Numbered from the whole stretch's first letter, positions 35,577 to 49,402 are shown. The stretch: 55,831 nt of DNA, filler included, from Catajapyx aquilonaris (GCA_000934665.2; 2 parts of 2 records of this genome joined end to end with filler, not necessarily neighbours in it), one strand, 5' to 3'. The notes: generated by a model not told the origin, from the sequence alone. Numbers and translations are program-made.

Positions 35577-36160
35577 CTTTCCTGCATTTCATCAACCACA
35601 TGCTTGTCAATAAGATGGGGCATGTGTGCTGGAACTTTTCTTGCATCAAATCCAAATGCCTGGTTGTACAGTCGGTTCACATACAGTAGTGAATCTGCAT
35701 ATGCATCCAGTAGGCGCCTTGACTTATAACTCTCAAGCAATATTGAAGAAGGAGTCTTCAGGTCATTAGTTTCCAGGCCTAAAATTTTCCTCCTCTTTGG
35801 CCTGCTTAAACTGGACTCCTTGAACTGGGATCGGAGAAAAGTCCAAAATGCCTGAGCCTTTCGTTTGCGAAGTCCACTTTGTGTCAGGAGACCTTTTTCA
35901 AATTCATCTTGCAGTGTAGACCAAGTTTCTCGCACCAATAATGGAAAGTCTGATGACAAACTGCCTGCCTTTGAATATTTTGCTTCCATTTCTTCAATGT
36001 CAGGAAGTTCCTGCGAGATTATCCTAGGGGATACAGGCCTGTTTCCAAACCCAGGGAATATAAAAGTAGTCTTGGTGGATGCTTCAGTGCTGGTTTGTAC
36101 TTTCAGGTTATTGAGATTGGAATCTACAGGATTTGTATCCACAGTCACGATGAAATTAAA
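35577..36160 (-). CDS. GNPTAB: GNPTAB coding exon 9 (DMAP1-binding-like, S1P site, start of Stealth CR3)
   Basis: ttacag|FNFIVTVDT...LQDEFEKGLLTQSGLRKRKA...RRLLDAYADSLLYVNRLYNQAFGFDARKVPAHMPHLIDK...QE AG|gtagag. Confidence 0.94.
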
Positions 36161-38683
36161 CTGTAATGATGAACACAAAATGATTATGCCCTTCTCAGGG
36201 ATACATTCTGCAGCAGACAGGAAAAAAGCTGCACGTGCAATGTACAGTAAGGTCTAGAATTGTCTGTCCAGCTCCATTATACTCATGCAGCTTGCTACAG
36301 TAGTTTAATTGAGATGGACAAGCAACTCTCTATATTACACATTGTAAGTGCAGCTTTTATCCTGTCAGGAGCTGATATGGCCTAGGGATTAAATGAAATT
36401 CTAGCTAAGCAGGAGGTTTAGGGTACTAGTCCATGCTCTGAGAGACGGTATCTTTGGGTCTCATCTTTATCTGTGGCCAAGGACAAGAGGAAAGGTGTGT
36501 TGGTATGCTACCATTGTGCATTTCAAAATGCACATTGGGAAAAAATCAATATTGTCTACTTTCAAGCTTGAAATTGATCTTACAGGAGGCAGACATAGCT
36601 GAGCTTTTTGCCAACACAATTATGCTAGTAAGTTTATGTAAACCTTGAAAAGATTGGTAAACGCAAGCGAGTAAAATTTGAAATCACTTTCAATCTGTTA
36701 TCCCTTTGAGGTCTACATGCATCATAATTATGATATCCTGAGCTTTTTTGAATTTGGCACGCTAGGATGTGCATAGAGAATTCAAACTTTGCGGTTCCAA
36801 ACGCAGTTCAATATGCTCCTGACATCTCTTGTATGGTGAGTAAACTACCATAGCAATCCCAGAATCTCTCTCCCTCTCCCTCCCCCCCACCCCCCACCCC
36901 CTACCCCCGGTTCCCGCCAAGTAATTTTCTTCTCATGCGAGTGCTTATGTAAACATCCGCCAGCCATGCAGGGTGTCCCGTAAAGTCTGGACCCTTGTTA
37001 GTTTCCCATAATTCAGTGTTGCGGTAACATTATGTAACCCTAATAACAATGAATAGTGACTGAGTAAACTTGTTAGGCCTATTGACATTGTAAGAGCCAA
37101 ACAATTCTAAAAAAATTATTTCTGGGACACTCTGTGGATGAATTTTTTCCGGCATTTTACATTCAAAAGGACCACCACGAATTAAAATGATTAATTTTGT
37201 AGCGAAGTTGATATTTATTAATATCACTCCTACAACGAATTTTGGACAAAAAGGGGAAAAAACGGCCCATTAACCTGCCAAAAACTCTGCCGACAAAGGG
37301 TTAATAAATGCAAAAAATATTTTGGCGGATATTTTAGGTTGAAAAAAGGTCTTCAGAGCTCTCCCGATTTCTTTATACTATATAGCAATATTCACACTTT
37401 CATTCAAGTGTGCAAGAATAGTGGCATGTTATATGACCTCCCCCCCCCCTCCCCCAACACAGCTCAAGGCCATGTCCATCACATGAAATGGCATAAATTT
37501 TAGTGTAGTTGCTCCTAACAATGTAGACAAAAATGTGACACTCAGTTTTGCCATATCTATTCTGGCATTGCAAAAATGCTGTACATAAAATTGATAATGT
37601 TGCAATTATTTTCAATACGCGATCACCACAGGTGGCACTAGGAACTTTCAATAACTTAAAATTTGTTCAATAAATGGTAGATGAAGCCCAAGTTTTCGAG
37701 TTTCATCTTGTTCACTATAAGTAATATTTCAAAATATCAATGGCTATGCAATACTGGTAATGCAGATTGAAATGAGTAATTCAATGTGTAACTATAATTT
37801 GGTTCACATCAATTTCATCAATTCCAGATTTTGTGCAAAATGGGCACCTGTAAATATCATCAATCATACAACTAACTCCCTTATTCTGTCCTTCTGCTTA
37901 TATGTCTGTCAACACTCATCGCCTAGGTAGTACTTACAATAGTTTTCACTTTCCCCGTTCAACAAATATTAAATGACATATAGCGGTCAGATAGGATGGG
38001 ACCCACTTCAATGGAAGCGACACGTGTGCTGCTTATAGCACCCTGGTGGGCTTTGTCTGCATGTCACTCATCACCAATGTGCATATAGTACTACTTTCCC
38101 CCTAAGCATGGCAGTGGTATGCAGAAGGAGAGCCTATGTGCCAACTGGTAGGGGCCTATGGTACTACTTCCAAGTGGGGGGATGGGCCAGGCATTGTTGA
38201 CAAAATTTGGCAACGAGTCTGCTACTAGTTATCTACTATTGTCCAAAATAATTAGATTAAAATTATCTCAGATTCCAAGCACTTCTTGTGATTTGAAATG
38301 CAACCAATTTCAAAATGGCGAACATCAAACATGGATTTTTGTAATACCAGAACAAATATGACAAAACTGCCTTTCACTTTTTCATCTAACAACACTACGA
38401 ACCATTAAAAAAAAAAAAGTTAACAGTGGTTTCAGGCAAAAACAATGGTGCAACACACATGTGAACTTTCATGATAAGGGTCAAAAATTTCAAGTATATT
38501 GGCTCCAGAGTGTGGGTTAAAATAGTTATATTTTAGAACCTTGCTGTGGCAATTCTCATTTGCGCATTGCAAATGAGAATAGCCAACCAACATCTGCCTT
38601 CCATAACTCAGCTGGCTAGTTGGTAGCCATGGTTAATGCTTGCCCATCTGAATGAGGCCCAAGTATAACTGCTCTGCTCTAAC

Positions 38684-38886
38684 CTCTTCATCCATGTCAT
38701 CTTTTCCTAGAATGATTTGCAGATCTATTGTAGTTGTATTGAAGTTTGGAAGTAAAACTAATGTGAGGACTTGAAACTTCAGAGAAATTGAAATTGTTCT
38801 GACAACAGCTTCTCCATTGTAACTTCCTTCCTTCACAGTAGCATTCCTCATCACATCACTCAAATTGAAATATCCAACAGTTTCAC
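38684..38886 (-). CDS. GNPTAB: GNPTAB coding exon 8 (spacer 2)
   Basis: ctacag|GT then ETVGYFNLSDV...EGSYNGEAVVRTISIS...NTTTIDLQI...DEE|gttaga. Similar to human GECLPYFSF...EGAYSDNPIIRHASI. Confidence 0.88.
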
Positions 38887-38961
38887 CTGTAGGTATTTCA
38901 AAAGTAAATTACAAGGTGAATGAAATGAACAGGTAACTTATCTGATGGAAATAGTGTGTAC

Positions 38962-39076
38962 CTTTTGGAAGAATGTAATTGTGCACTCGTTTATCCAATT
39001 TCCATGAATATATGTTGTGATATCCCGACGTTCCACAATCTCCAGCATCAAATCCGCATGACAAATGATTGCAGTT
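38962..39076 (-). CDS. GNPTAB: GNPTAB coding exon 7 (end of LNR 2)
   Basis: ttgcag|NCNHLSCGFDAGDCG...HNYILPK G|gtacac. Confidence 0.93.
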
Positions 39077-39168
39077 CTGCAACAGCATAGTCAATATCAC
39101 ATGCATTGTTGACTTGAAATTTTGCATTAACTTTAAATAAATAATAAGTTCATGAGAGACTTCCTCAC

Positions 39169-39456
39169 CGAGTCACAATACTTGTCTGCAAGCCAACTAT
39201 TAATGCAGTTTGGTGCACAGCTTCCTTTGTCCACATCTCCATGCCAAAAGTCCAAGTCATCTTCACCACCTGTATCAATGTCACCACCTCCTCCCAAACC
39301 ACCCCCCTTCCCTTTAGCATGTCCATCTTTCTCATCACAGTCACCTCCATCCCACATACAGTCTTGGTTATTGCATGCCTTATCACAGTATCCATCTGCT
39401 ATCCATGATGAAGGGCAGCCTTCCTTGCACTCGGGAACTGGCCAGGACAGATACAC
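39169..39456 (-). CDS. GNPTAB: GNPTAB coding exon 6 (LNR/Notch repeat 1 and start of repeat 2)
   Basis: ttccag|VYLSWPVPECKEGCPSSWIADGYCDKACNNQDCMWDGGDC...CAPNCINSWLADKYCDS|gtgagg. Confidence 0.96.
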
Positions 39457-40146
39457 CTGGAATTAAAACAGAAGTGTAAAATTTTAATAGCAGGGTAATG
39501 TAAAATGTGTTGAAACACTCAGCTCATATCCACATAAGTGAAAACTTTGCATGTGGTCATTTCCTCTTGTTCTTATTGCCTCATTTACAAGTATAGGACT
39601 GGGATATGTGCAACACTGGAAAGTTCCATGTTTTATAATGGTGTATAGGGGCCTGCACTCTAATGTGGCAGAGGGGGGTTGATTGGCAACGCCCCGCCCC
39701 CTCTTGCCCTCCCCCCTGCCACTGCCACGACTCCCTCCCTCACCTGTCACCGCAGTCACAACAGAACCCAGCTTCATATCCTTTTATTTCAACCCCCTAA
39801 AGCCCTACTGTGATAACAATTAAACCTTCAAATATTCCTCACGTGATGTGCAGTGGTTTTTCTTGCACTAAACATCTTAACGTAAACCTTGAATGGCAAT
39901 AGAATACACATTCTATGTACACGTGCGTTGGCTCCATTTAGGGCCTTTCAGCCATTGCCTGGGAGTTAAGACAAATGATGCCTATACATAACTACACTTG
40001 AAGATGAAGCAACTGAGCTGAAGCATCCATAAGAGTTCCACTGATATGGATCTGAACTAAACTCTATAACACACAGTATAAAATGATGTGGTTTCTAGAG
40101 AAATTGGAATAAAACGGAATAGGTTTCAAAAATTTTACACCATATA

Positions 40147-40746
40147 CAGGGTGTATCAGTGTCACAGGTCAAGCGCGTGCAAGGGGGTGGGGAAAAATTG
40201 TAGGTGGCGACAACCCCGGTCGGTTTTATAAAACAATTAGAAATACGGCAGTAATCAATTTATTTATTACGGCTGTATGGTGTGACGTCACGTCCTTTCT
40301 GTTCGAATTGAGCCTGGCGCGCACGGCAAATGCAAGGTAAGAGTGCAGTGGTTTGAAGCTGGTTGACGGGTTTTTAGCCTTGCGGGTTGCACTGAAAAAG
40401 GCGCTCTCATGCTACACCGGCAGAGTACTGAACACACTCCTGTACAGTAGTACACTACTTTGTACAGTACCCTACCGGTGTAGCATGAGAGCGCCTTTTT
40501 CAGTGCAACCTGCAAGGGTAAAAACCCGTCAACCAGCTTCAAACCACTGCACTCTTACCTTGCATTTGCCGTGAGTGCCAGGCTCAATTCGAACAGAAAG
40601 GACGTGACGTCACGCCATACGGCCGTGATAAATAAATAGATTACTGCCGTATTTCGAATTGTTTTATAAAACCGACCGGGGTTGTCGCCACCTACGATTT
40701 TTCCCCACCCCCTCGCGCGCTTGACCCGTGACTCTAATACACCCTG
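40147..40746. mobile_element. 600-bp near-perfect palindromic Tc1/mariner-type MITE
   Basis: TA|cagggtgtatcagtgtcac...gtgactctaatacaccctg|TA. Mirror ORFs 40288..40542(-) and 40353..40574(+). Confidence 0.92.
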
Positions 40747-40785
40747 TATTTACTAAATAATGTGCTACTGTGGAATGCAACTCAC

Positions 40786-41411
40786 TTTCTGTCCCCGGAC
40801 ATGTGAGTAGAAATCAGATGGCCATATTTCCTGTCCAAACAACACATCATCATTCAGATAGAGAAACTTGGATGACAAACCCTTGATACGGTGCAAATGA
40901 GCCTCAATGGCTGGTGATGAAAAAGTTGGTAAATGAGATGTGTTAGGAAATATTTCTTCATGTGTCACCACACTGAGTCTGGGATTGTCCAAATTAAGCC
41001 AGTGGGGAATCTGACCATTTGTCACCAAGTACACATGTCTAACCCAAGGTGCCCATAACTCAATTGACCTTAGTGAATACCGAAGCTCTTCTTTGTCTTC
41101 ATATCGGTTAGGTGCAATATCATCTGTGTGTTTTAACAGGGGTAGCTGCACCACCAAGTACGCTGGGTACATTCGAATACCCTTGCCTTCCAGAGTTACA
41201 TTTCCTGCCAATTTAACAAAGTTGGTCGCACTTTGACCTTGTGACAAGGTCAGCAAGGCGACACTCTTTTCGGCATACAGGAACACCTTTTCAACTGTTC
41301 CCTGTAGTGACTTTGGCAACTTTTCTTTGAGCATATTTGCATCTACTGAGGACCTGACTCCTGTCAACATAGCTGCCTGTGAGTATGGGTAACTGTTAGG
41401 TGCATCTTGAT
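40786..41411 (-). CDS. GNPTAB: GNPTAB coding exon 5 (spacer 1 + Stealth CR2)
   Basis: tttcag|AT then QDAPNS...RYEDKEELRYSLRSIELWAPWVRHVYLVTNGQIPHWLNLDNPR...LPTFSSPAIE...LNDDVLFG...GQK|gtgagt. Confidence 0.96.
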
Positions 41412-42428
41412 CTGAAACGAGAAAGACATTTGATCTTGTAAAAGTCTCCTTAACAAGCCATACTCTTACAATATTAGGCCTCTTTCACATGAGGCCACCA
41501 CAGAGGCACCAACACATAGGGTATATTTGATGGTGCTTCTCTGGCTGCGTGTTGCAGATTAGTTATCAAACCAGCGATGCATCACTGGCTGAACTACAGT
41601 CTCACAATGCACAGCTGGCTGCATGAAAAGTCGCATCTCATGTGAAAGGCTACATATGATTCAATGCAAACACTCGGTCGTGCCAAAAATCGCCCTTCCT
41701 GCCCCCAGTATTTCTGGTGGCGACACCACAATGAAAGGCTACACTTGCAGCAATGCAAAAAAGTGGTGGTGCCACCCACCTTGGCCACGCCACAAAGAGA
41801 AAAAATCCTAATCATAAGTTTTTGCCTACTTAATCACATTTGAGCCTCATTTTGCTATACTCTTCACCCACCCTAGCCCTCTGTGCAAGATCATGAGCCA
41901 AATGGCACATTACACTGCCCACAGGCTGCCATGTTAGCAATGGTTGCAAAGGGGGGAGCCCTATCACAACATCATAACATCATAACTTGGAAGGGGCAAG
42001 CATTTTACTATCCTAATAAAACCATTGGTCATCATGACACCAACTTCTTCTGCAATCTTGAATATTCATAAGATAGTAACTGAGAGTACATTTTCAAATG
42101 CACGGAAAATTGTAAATATTTGGCATTGCTGCATAAACAGGCACAACTTCCAGTTAAAACATAATTAAGCAACATCTGAGGAAACAAGTCAGACTCTGAT
42201 ATGCATATTAAAAGTTCCCAAAGGGGTTACTCACTCTCCTGCTAAGTTTACACATGCACACTTAAGTTATGTACAAGATGCTCCAAATTCATGGGTCATT
42301 TTTAGTTATCACTAATATCACCTGAAGTAGTTAATTTTATGTAGCTTGTTGTGCCCCTATCCATGTGCCTCAATACTACCAGGTGGTCAAATGTAGAAGC
42401 TGCTACAGAATTTGGCACCTGGATCCGG

Positions 42429-42473
<45 letters not shown>

Positions 42474-42692
42474 TCATACAAAATCCCCTATTACTCAAAG
42501 CATAGTAGAACCCTGATTATCCAACCTCAGAATATCCATCTCCTCAGCACATATGTCTGTTCTGCTCCCCAGGACCGACTTTCTTCACCAAAAATAAATG
42601 TTTTCTCAACAAATACTGCACTGCACTATGTATGTGTTGCCTGATTTAAATATTGTAAATACAGTACAGTAGACTCTGCATGTAAAAGATAT

Positions 42693-43104
42693 ACAGGGCA
42701 AAGGGAAACAATCGCCAGGTAGACTAATAGTACTCGCAAAACTAATATAGGGATGTGCAATTAGTTTTTGGCTGCGTTGCGTAGTTAATGTGTATAGCGC
42801 CCTTAACGTGTAGAGGGTCGGATGGTGGAATATGAGGCAAAAATGACAAAGTGCATGGGTGTCGTACCAGGATTCTTACTCGCCTTTTGCACATGGACGA
42901 TGTGTTAGGGGCCCAAGGCAAGGGCCCTCGAACTGACTTTTGCTTCCTAGAAGCTGGCGGAATGGACGTCACGTCACGAAACTTTGAAGGCGCCGTAAGC
43001 ATTAACTATGCAACGGAGCCCAAAACTAATTGCACATCCCTATATTAGTTTTACGAGTACTGTCAGTCTACTTGGCAATTGTCCGTGAGTTTCCCTTCAC
43101 CATG
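42693..43104. mobile_element. Palindromic MITE
   Basis: Arms agtactcgcaaaactaatatagggatgtgcaattagtttt / aaaactaattgcacatccctatattagttttacgagtact; TA flanks. Confidence 0.78.
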
Positions 43105-43666
43105 TATAGGCTTACTTCACTATTTCTTGGAAATCCATAATACAGTATTTCATGCTTTTTGTTGTGTTTCGTTAAAGTTTTTTTGTTCCTCATATTATCC
43201 TACTTTTTTTGTGTTCTGACCATGTCTCAGTCCCAAGGGTGATGGATAATCGGCGTTCTACTGTACTAATATACTTTGAACACCCAGTATATTCCAATTC
43301 TTCCAGTTTGGTATGACGCCACATTGTTACTTTATAATTGATATTAAGGAGGTTGGCCCAGCATTGCCTTTCAACCTCCAAGGACAGGGAAGGAAGGAAG
43401 CGGCTGTGGCCTATTATACGGAAGCGACCCCGGAATTATCCTAGAAAGACCGTGGAAAACCACAAAAAACCACGGTCAGGGTTGCCGGCCCCGGGATTCA
43501 AACCCAGGACCTTCCGATTAGCAGTCGGACGCCCTATCCATTATGCCAACCTGCTTCGGTGCCACATTGTTACTGTCACTTGCTTAGTAATTACAACTGG
43601 TGACGCAAGTCTGTACTTTTAAAAACCTGATTTTATACTTGTGAATATATGTGCATACCACTAATA

Positions 43667-44574
43667 CGAGGAGTGATCAAAAAGTTCCCGGACTGCGTTA
43701 ATAAAACCATTAATATTTACTTTAAGACCTAATTTCCACTGCCACCTTCAAAGTAGTTACCTTGGGCACTTATACAACGATCCCAGCGAATTTCCCATTT
43801 TTGGAAGCAGCCCAAAAAATTGGCCAGCCGTAGTGTGTTCAGCACCTGCTGCGATTTTGCTTAGAGCTCTTTAGTGGAGTCAAAATGCCTCCTTTTCTAC
43901 CCAAATTTCACTTTAGGGAAGAGGTATAAATCACATGGTGCCAGGACAAACGAATAGGCAGGGTGTGGAACAGTGGTCATGTTGTTTTTTGCCAGGAAGT
44001 CCCTGACTACGCATGAGGTGTGTGCAGGCGGGATTGTCATGGTGCAGCAACCAGTCTCTGTTCTTCCATATCTCCGGCCAATTGAGCCTAAATCGTCTCA
44101 AACCATTGCAGTAAGACCTACCGTTGACAGTTTTACCAGGAGGGAGAAACTCCACATGCACAATTCCTATAATGTCAAGGAAAATGATCAGCATTGAGTT
44201 GATTTTGCTGCGAACTTGGCGCGTCACTTTTGAGGCTGTTAACCCACTCATATGTTATTGCTTGTCTTACATATTACTCATCAAAAGCCTTGTTCAGCAT
44301 TAGGTGGGTTGCAGCAGAAATTTTGTCGAGCTGGAAGCAAAATTTAATACAAATCCTTTCCTCCCTAACATCAACCATTTCGAAAAATCGCAGAAGCGCA
44401 AGAACACGGTGTCAAGAAAACTGCCGAAACTCGGAAACATGTGCACCTACGAAGACGATATTTTTCAGACTAATAGCTGAAAGGTGCTCCTAGATCCCCC
44501 TAGCGTCACAAGTTCGTATCTCCACTGGTTTGCACGGTATACCGAAAATCCAGGAACTTTTTGATCACACCTTG
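43667..44574 (-). mobile_element. Internally deleted mariner element
   Basis: TIR cgaggagtgatcaaaaagttccc / ggaactttttgatcacaccttg with TA TSD; remnant SKINSMLIIFLDIIGIVHVEFLPPGKTVN...WLLHHDN. Confidence 0.9.
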
Positions 44575-44839
44575 TAGAGTACTATTAACCGCAAAAGTCC
44601 TGTTATGTGATGGCATCCGCGACTTGTTGTTCAGCATGGGTTGTGGATTCCGGAATATTGCCGAAGTAACATCCGTAACTCGGCAACGCCCATGCTAAAC
44701 AACAAGTTGTGGACGCCATCACATAACAGTGTGACGTTACTTTTGCAGTTAATAGTACCGGTACTATGACATACTGGATGGACCTCTTGAAGTTCTCCAA
44801 TAACCCACCAATCATAAAATATTGTGCACACAATAGTAC

Positions 44840-45060
44840 CTGTAGTCCAGTAGGCTTGGTACAAAGTGACATTGTGGTGAATATCAAGCACTGAAGAAGC
44901 ATTTTCAACTATTTTAGTAGCCTCTGAAACACTAGGAAAGAATATGTAAGTCTTGTTCTGTCTCCTGAGACCATTCCCAACTGTTACTGGAACAATCTCT
45001 AGTGATTCTGGAGAATAATTCTGCAGTTGTGACTCCAGTATATCAGGTGATATCCAGTCT
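44840..45060 (-). CDS. GNPTAB: GNPTAB coding exon 4 (spacer 1)
   Basis: tgttttag|A then [11 protein letters not shown]...[10 protein letters not shown], ending G|gtacta. AYWTT+D matches human GYLTTD. Within ORF 44631..45335. Confidence 0.8.
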
Positions 45061-45135
45061 CTAAAACAATATTCACTGTAAGTAACACTGACATCAACCA
45101 AAACTTGCAAATATGAATGCCGATTTAATACAAAC

Positions 45136-45306
45136 TTGGCAACCAAAATGTGAGCTGGAACACAGTTTTTAAAACTACACAGCATGGTAAGTTCCTGCTG
45201 TTCATCCTGCATTTCTTCCTTTAGGTGCTGGAGGCTCTCCAATAAAAGTGCATCAGAACCATTCACCCAAGTGTACACCACATCAATAGGAACATGCTGA
45301 CATAGC
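45136..45306 (-). CDS. GNPTAB: GNPTAB coding exon 3 (Stealth CR1)
   Basis: tttcag|G then [18 protein letters not shown] (CR1 motif). The 3' boundary is inferred at GCCAA|gtttgt. Confidence 0.9.
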
Positions 45307-45601
45307 CTGAAAAGGACAACAATCTCATAATCCACACATATTTAAAATATTTTTATAATACTGTATTGTAATGGAATAAGAAGTGGCATGCTGATGTTAA
45401 AATGTTGTTATTTTAAATAATACAAACAGTGGGTAAATTTTTTGCCCTCTGGCTAAGGCTGCCTGCTTCTGTTTACCAGGATTCTCCCATAAGCTTTCTC
45501 ATGGGTTAACACGGTTACTAATTGCTGACAGTCATACTGCTCACCAGCAGGACAAAAATTGGCTCAAATTAATTACATTTGCCATGAAAAAGACTGTTGT
45601 T

Positions 45602-45987
45602 GGGGCGGCGGAGTGGTGCTGGGGTAACATATGCGCCCACGGATGTAAGGGTCCCGGGTTTGATCCCACGACCGGGCTTTCCCCCTTCATCTCTGTATGA
45701 GATAAAGGGGGACAGCCCAGGGAGTTGGGTTGTCTCTGGCTTCGTGTCGGGTGGAATCTCCGATAGACTAATCCATCCAGGGGAGTTCACAAAATGACCA
45801 TAGCAACGACATTGCACTGCACCTTGCACATCCCCTCCCAGTCACCCTGCTCTCAGACCAGGGTGCTTCACATAAAGGTTCCATTAGTACAATGTACGCA
45901 GTGTAATAATAAAGGTCCATGCGATATACCCCAAGAGGGGTGAAAGCACTACCAGGATTATTATTATTATTATTATTATTATATTTT
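45602..45987 (+). mobile_element. tRNA-derived SINE (head also at about 29945-30015, minus strand)
   Basis: A/B boxes, (TTA)n tail, imperfect TSD aaaagac(t/a)gt(a)tgttg. Confidence 0.7.
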
Positions 45988-47208
45988 AAAAGACAGTATG
46001 TTGCACTCATATTTAGATGGGTTAATTATGTTGATGAGGCGCAGAGGTAGCCCTCCATCACAAAATTAGAAGTCTCAGTCAGTGGTACTGTTTTTTGCAG
46101 AATTTTCTTACTCATGGGACAAAAAATGCTGACATTGGCCAAATTTGCTGGGCATACTTTTGGTGATGTCACAATTTTCCGCATGTCAGTTCAACCAAAA
46201 ATGCTACACAGACGCCATGTAACTTTGTGTAAGGAATATTTGGGTGTGCCATAAGAAAACATTTTCACTGCTCTCAGAGTATGATACATTTTATTGTCCA
46301 CACAAAATTAAATTTAGCTGCATGATGCCATTAGGGTCACTGTCTCCAAATTCAAAAATTTTGACAACAATCTGAATGTCCATATGGATCCCTAATCTCT
46401 GAAAAGTAACATGTGACCATAAAAATCTTATTAAACCACTCAAAAAATAAGGGAAACTGAGTAGCTTTGTCCTCGCCCACTTCACCTCTCTACCTCCCTA
46501 TGGGTTATTTATGGCATCACCAGTAATTGTAAATATGCATGTTTCGTCTGTGAATCCATCCACTATGAGTACATTTAGGATCTCGGTAGGGATCACTACC
46601 TCAGTCCAGCTTTGGAGTACACCCCCGCAATTACTTTGAACCCCTGGCCAGCCTTACTGATAAATTTACTTAATGTTCATTTTTGGGACAGTGGCCATTT
46701 AAGGTGTAAAACAATTCTGAAGTCCAAAAGTACTAACACCTGTAAAATTATTGTTGTTGTTGTGTTGCTGCTCTTTTCATATCATCATCATCATTGCATT
46801 CATTTACACTTACTACCAGTGATGGCGAGTATCTAGATACCAAAATGAGTATCTTTTACCTCATCTAGATAATTTGAAGTTTGTGTATCTATACTTGTAT
46901 TTAGCTACAAGTATCTGTGTGGCATCACCAGATACTTTTCCAGATACTTTGTAGCTGATTTTCCTGATGAAAACATGATCCCCCTACACAGAAACAAATG
47001 CAGTAATGCACTGTTCCGCATTATTAATCCTACTACGAACTTTAGTAAACGTCTATTATTAATTTTTGGCTCTGTGAGCATTGCTCAGTGCTCACAGACA
47101 AAATTACTGTACCAAGGTTTAATTTTTCGTTACCAAACAGAATAATAAAACATAGTGAAATTGATAGCACTCGTAGCAGTAGACTGTAGCATAGCTTATT
47201 ATACTACA

Positions 47209-48845
47209 GAGCAATTCCACGTAAAAGTAAACATCTGGGACAAAAATTGAAAATGACTTGTTGGCAATGTGTGATACGTCGTTGGAATCAGAAAGAACCC
47301 AAATTTCGGCTTCTGAAATATATTTTGACATGGAACCTGAACTGGTAAAAGAAATTGCACCTGAATGTGTTACATTGTGAATGCGAAGTTGTGCATGAAA
47401 TCACATGAACTTTGACAGGCTTAAATGGGAACTTAAAATAAAAATAACCACTTTTCTTTGCACGGGGCTCAAGTCGAGGATGAAATGACCGCGTTCCTTG
47501 GTGGAGAAGGACAGTCATTCGACATAAATGGTTGATCTTGGCATCAAAAGTGGACTCTGCGCGGTGTGTGGGGCGTAACGAAATAGATAAAAAAGTTTAT
47601 GGCAATGAGTGGGTTTTAGGGCAGTGGTGCTAGTTTTCAATATTCATTGACTAGACACCGTGAGCAATGTCTCATGTGAATTGGAAGTCATAGAATGCCA
47701 CCAATTTCTGGCAGCATTGATAAGGAAGTTGTTATGGGGTGTAACGTTACACCCCTCACGTGGCACAGGTATGGGGTGCAACATATGCTCTATTCCCGTT
47801 TAAATGAAGTAGAGTCGTACATATTGGCACATTATGCTGAAAATTGTCTGATTATTATCTATACAGTAATATGATACAGGCCTACTGTACGCATGGGTGA
47901 GGGAATTTCCCACTCAACACCTTTTACCAATCACCATCCTCTTGCATGACATGACACATCATTCCACCTTCCTCTTACCCACTCCACTATGCGCGCACAC
48001 ACACACACAGCCTTGTCTTCACTAAGGCGTGTGAACGGACATTGACCCCTTTGTAAGCGAGTGTAACCTAACCTAACCAAACCTAACCTAACCTAACCTA
48101 ACCAATCCTACCTAACCTACCCTACCCTAACGAACCTAGACTGAGAGATATGGACTTTTGTGAAACCCTACAACTGAAAATAGTGGGGACATGTCCCCAC
48201 TAATTTACACATGTCCCCACTCTAATAGTACACAGTGTGTCAAAAACACTGTGGGGACCCAAGCGTCAGCGTCACCGCCGCAAGTGATGGCCGTTGGCAA
48301 CATGCGGCGGGGATGGTAGACTTTTTGTGCATTTCAATGTATTGTATATAGATGAATAAACTTGTTCTAGATGTTGAAGTGTACTCGTACGTGGTATTTT
48401 GTGCGGTTCTCCATTTCCAAATTCGCACGTTATGGGGTGTAACGTTTTTCATGCTTGGGGTGTAACGACTTCGGATGACTGTTACGTAATGGCCATTGGT
48501 CATAAGAGTGAAATATAGTCGTAGAAAGTTAGTCCGAAGCCTATTTGACACGTCTGTGAAAATCACAGCTCATTTTACTCACACCAATCACAGGAATTGA
48601 AATGAACTCACAGGTCACTTTTCCTGCTGTACATTTCGCGTTATGGGGTGTAACGGAAGTTTACAGGGCTACAAAACCTTAACAAATTTTTATATTTCAT
48701 TGAACCTTCACAACTCGACAGCTGCACTTGTCTACTAAATGCCCTGTGAAAGTCATGACTTGAAACCCCCGTTTTCCCATTTAAATCTTGCGTCAAAGTT
48801 AAAAAATTGTGTGCGATGTGTGGGGTGTAACATATGGAATTGCTC
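47209..48845. mobile_element. Sola-like non-autonomous DNA transposon
   Basis: 11-bp TIR gagcaattcca / tggaattgctc, 4-bp TSD taca on both sides, multiple tggggtgtaac motifs. Confidence 0.75.
48065..48138 (-). repeat. Interstitial degenerate (TTAGG)n tract
   Basis: aacctaacctaaccaaacctaacctaacctaacctaacc... Confidence 0.85.
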
Positions 48846-48930
48846 TACAATGCCAGACTATTAAACTATGCATATGTTTCAATCCACAGTGAACCAGAGT
48901 ATAATGTTATTGAGGATGACAAATGAGGGG

Positions 48931-49402
48931 TCTCACAACCAAAGTAACTCTTCTTACCCTCCTGAATTTTGAAAATTTTTTGATTTTCAAATTCTGCTTG
49001 ACCTATAGTGTTGTGCAAACATCACCTCTGCTGCTAATTTCCACGTTAGCAGGGTGAAAATACAGCCAAAATGCAACGTTCCAAAGCCACAATACCTGCA
49101 TCCGGTCGCGAGTAGCCTTCGACTTCAAAGCGTGCGAGATGACCCTTCTCCTTCGCGGCACCGGAGAGAGCTACAGATGCGGTGAAAGGCGACCGCGACC
49201 AGGCAGCTGGGACTGGCGACTCGCGACCGGATGCAGGTGTTGTGGCTTCGGAATATCGCCTTTTGGCTGTATTTTCACCCTGCTATAACGTAGAAATTAG
49301 CAGCAGAGGTGATGTTTTCTCAACACTATAGGCCAAGCAGAATTAGAAAATCCAAAAAATTTCAAAATTCAGGAGGGTAAGAAGATTTACTTTGGTTGTC
49401 AG
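48931..49402. mobile_element. Palindromic MITE (same family as 33391-34214)
   Basis: Inverted arms of about 180 bp. Confidence 0.82.

Noticed and set aside
47560..48845. Recurring tggggtgtaac motif as a possible CRISPR-like array
   Set aside because: The motif is too short, spacing is irregular, there are no cas genes and the context is eukaryotic; better explained as transposon subterminal motifs.
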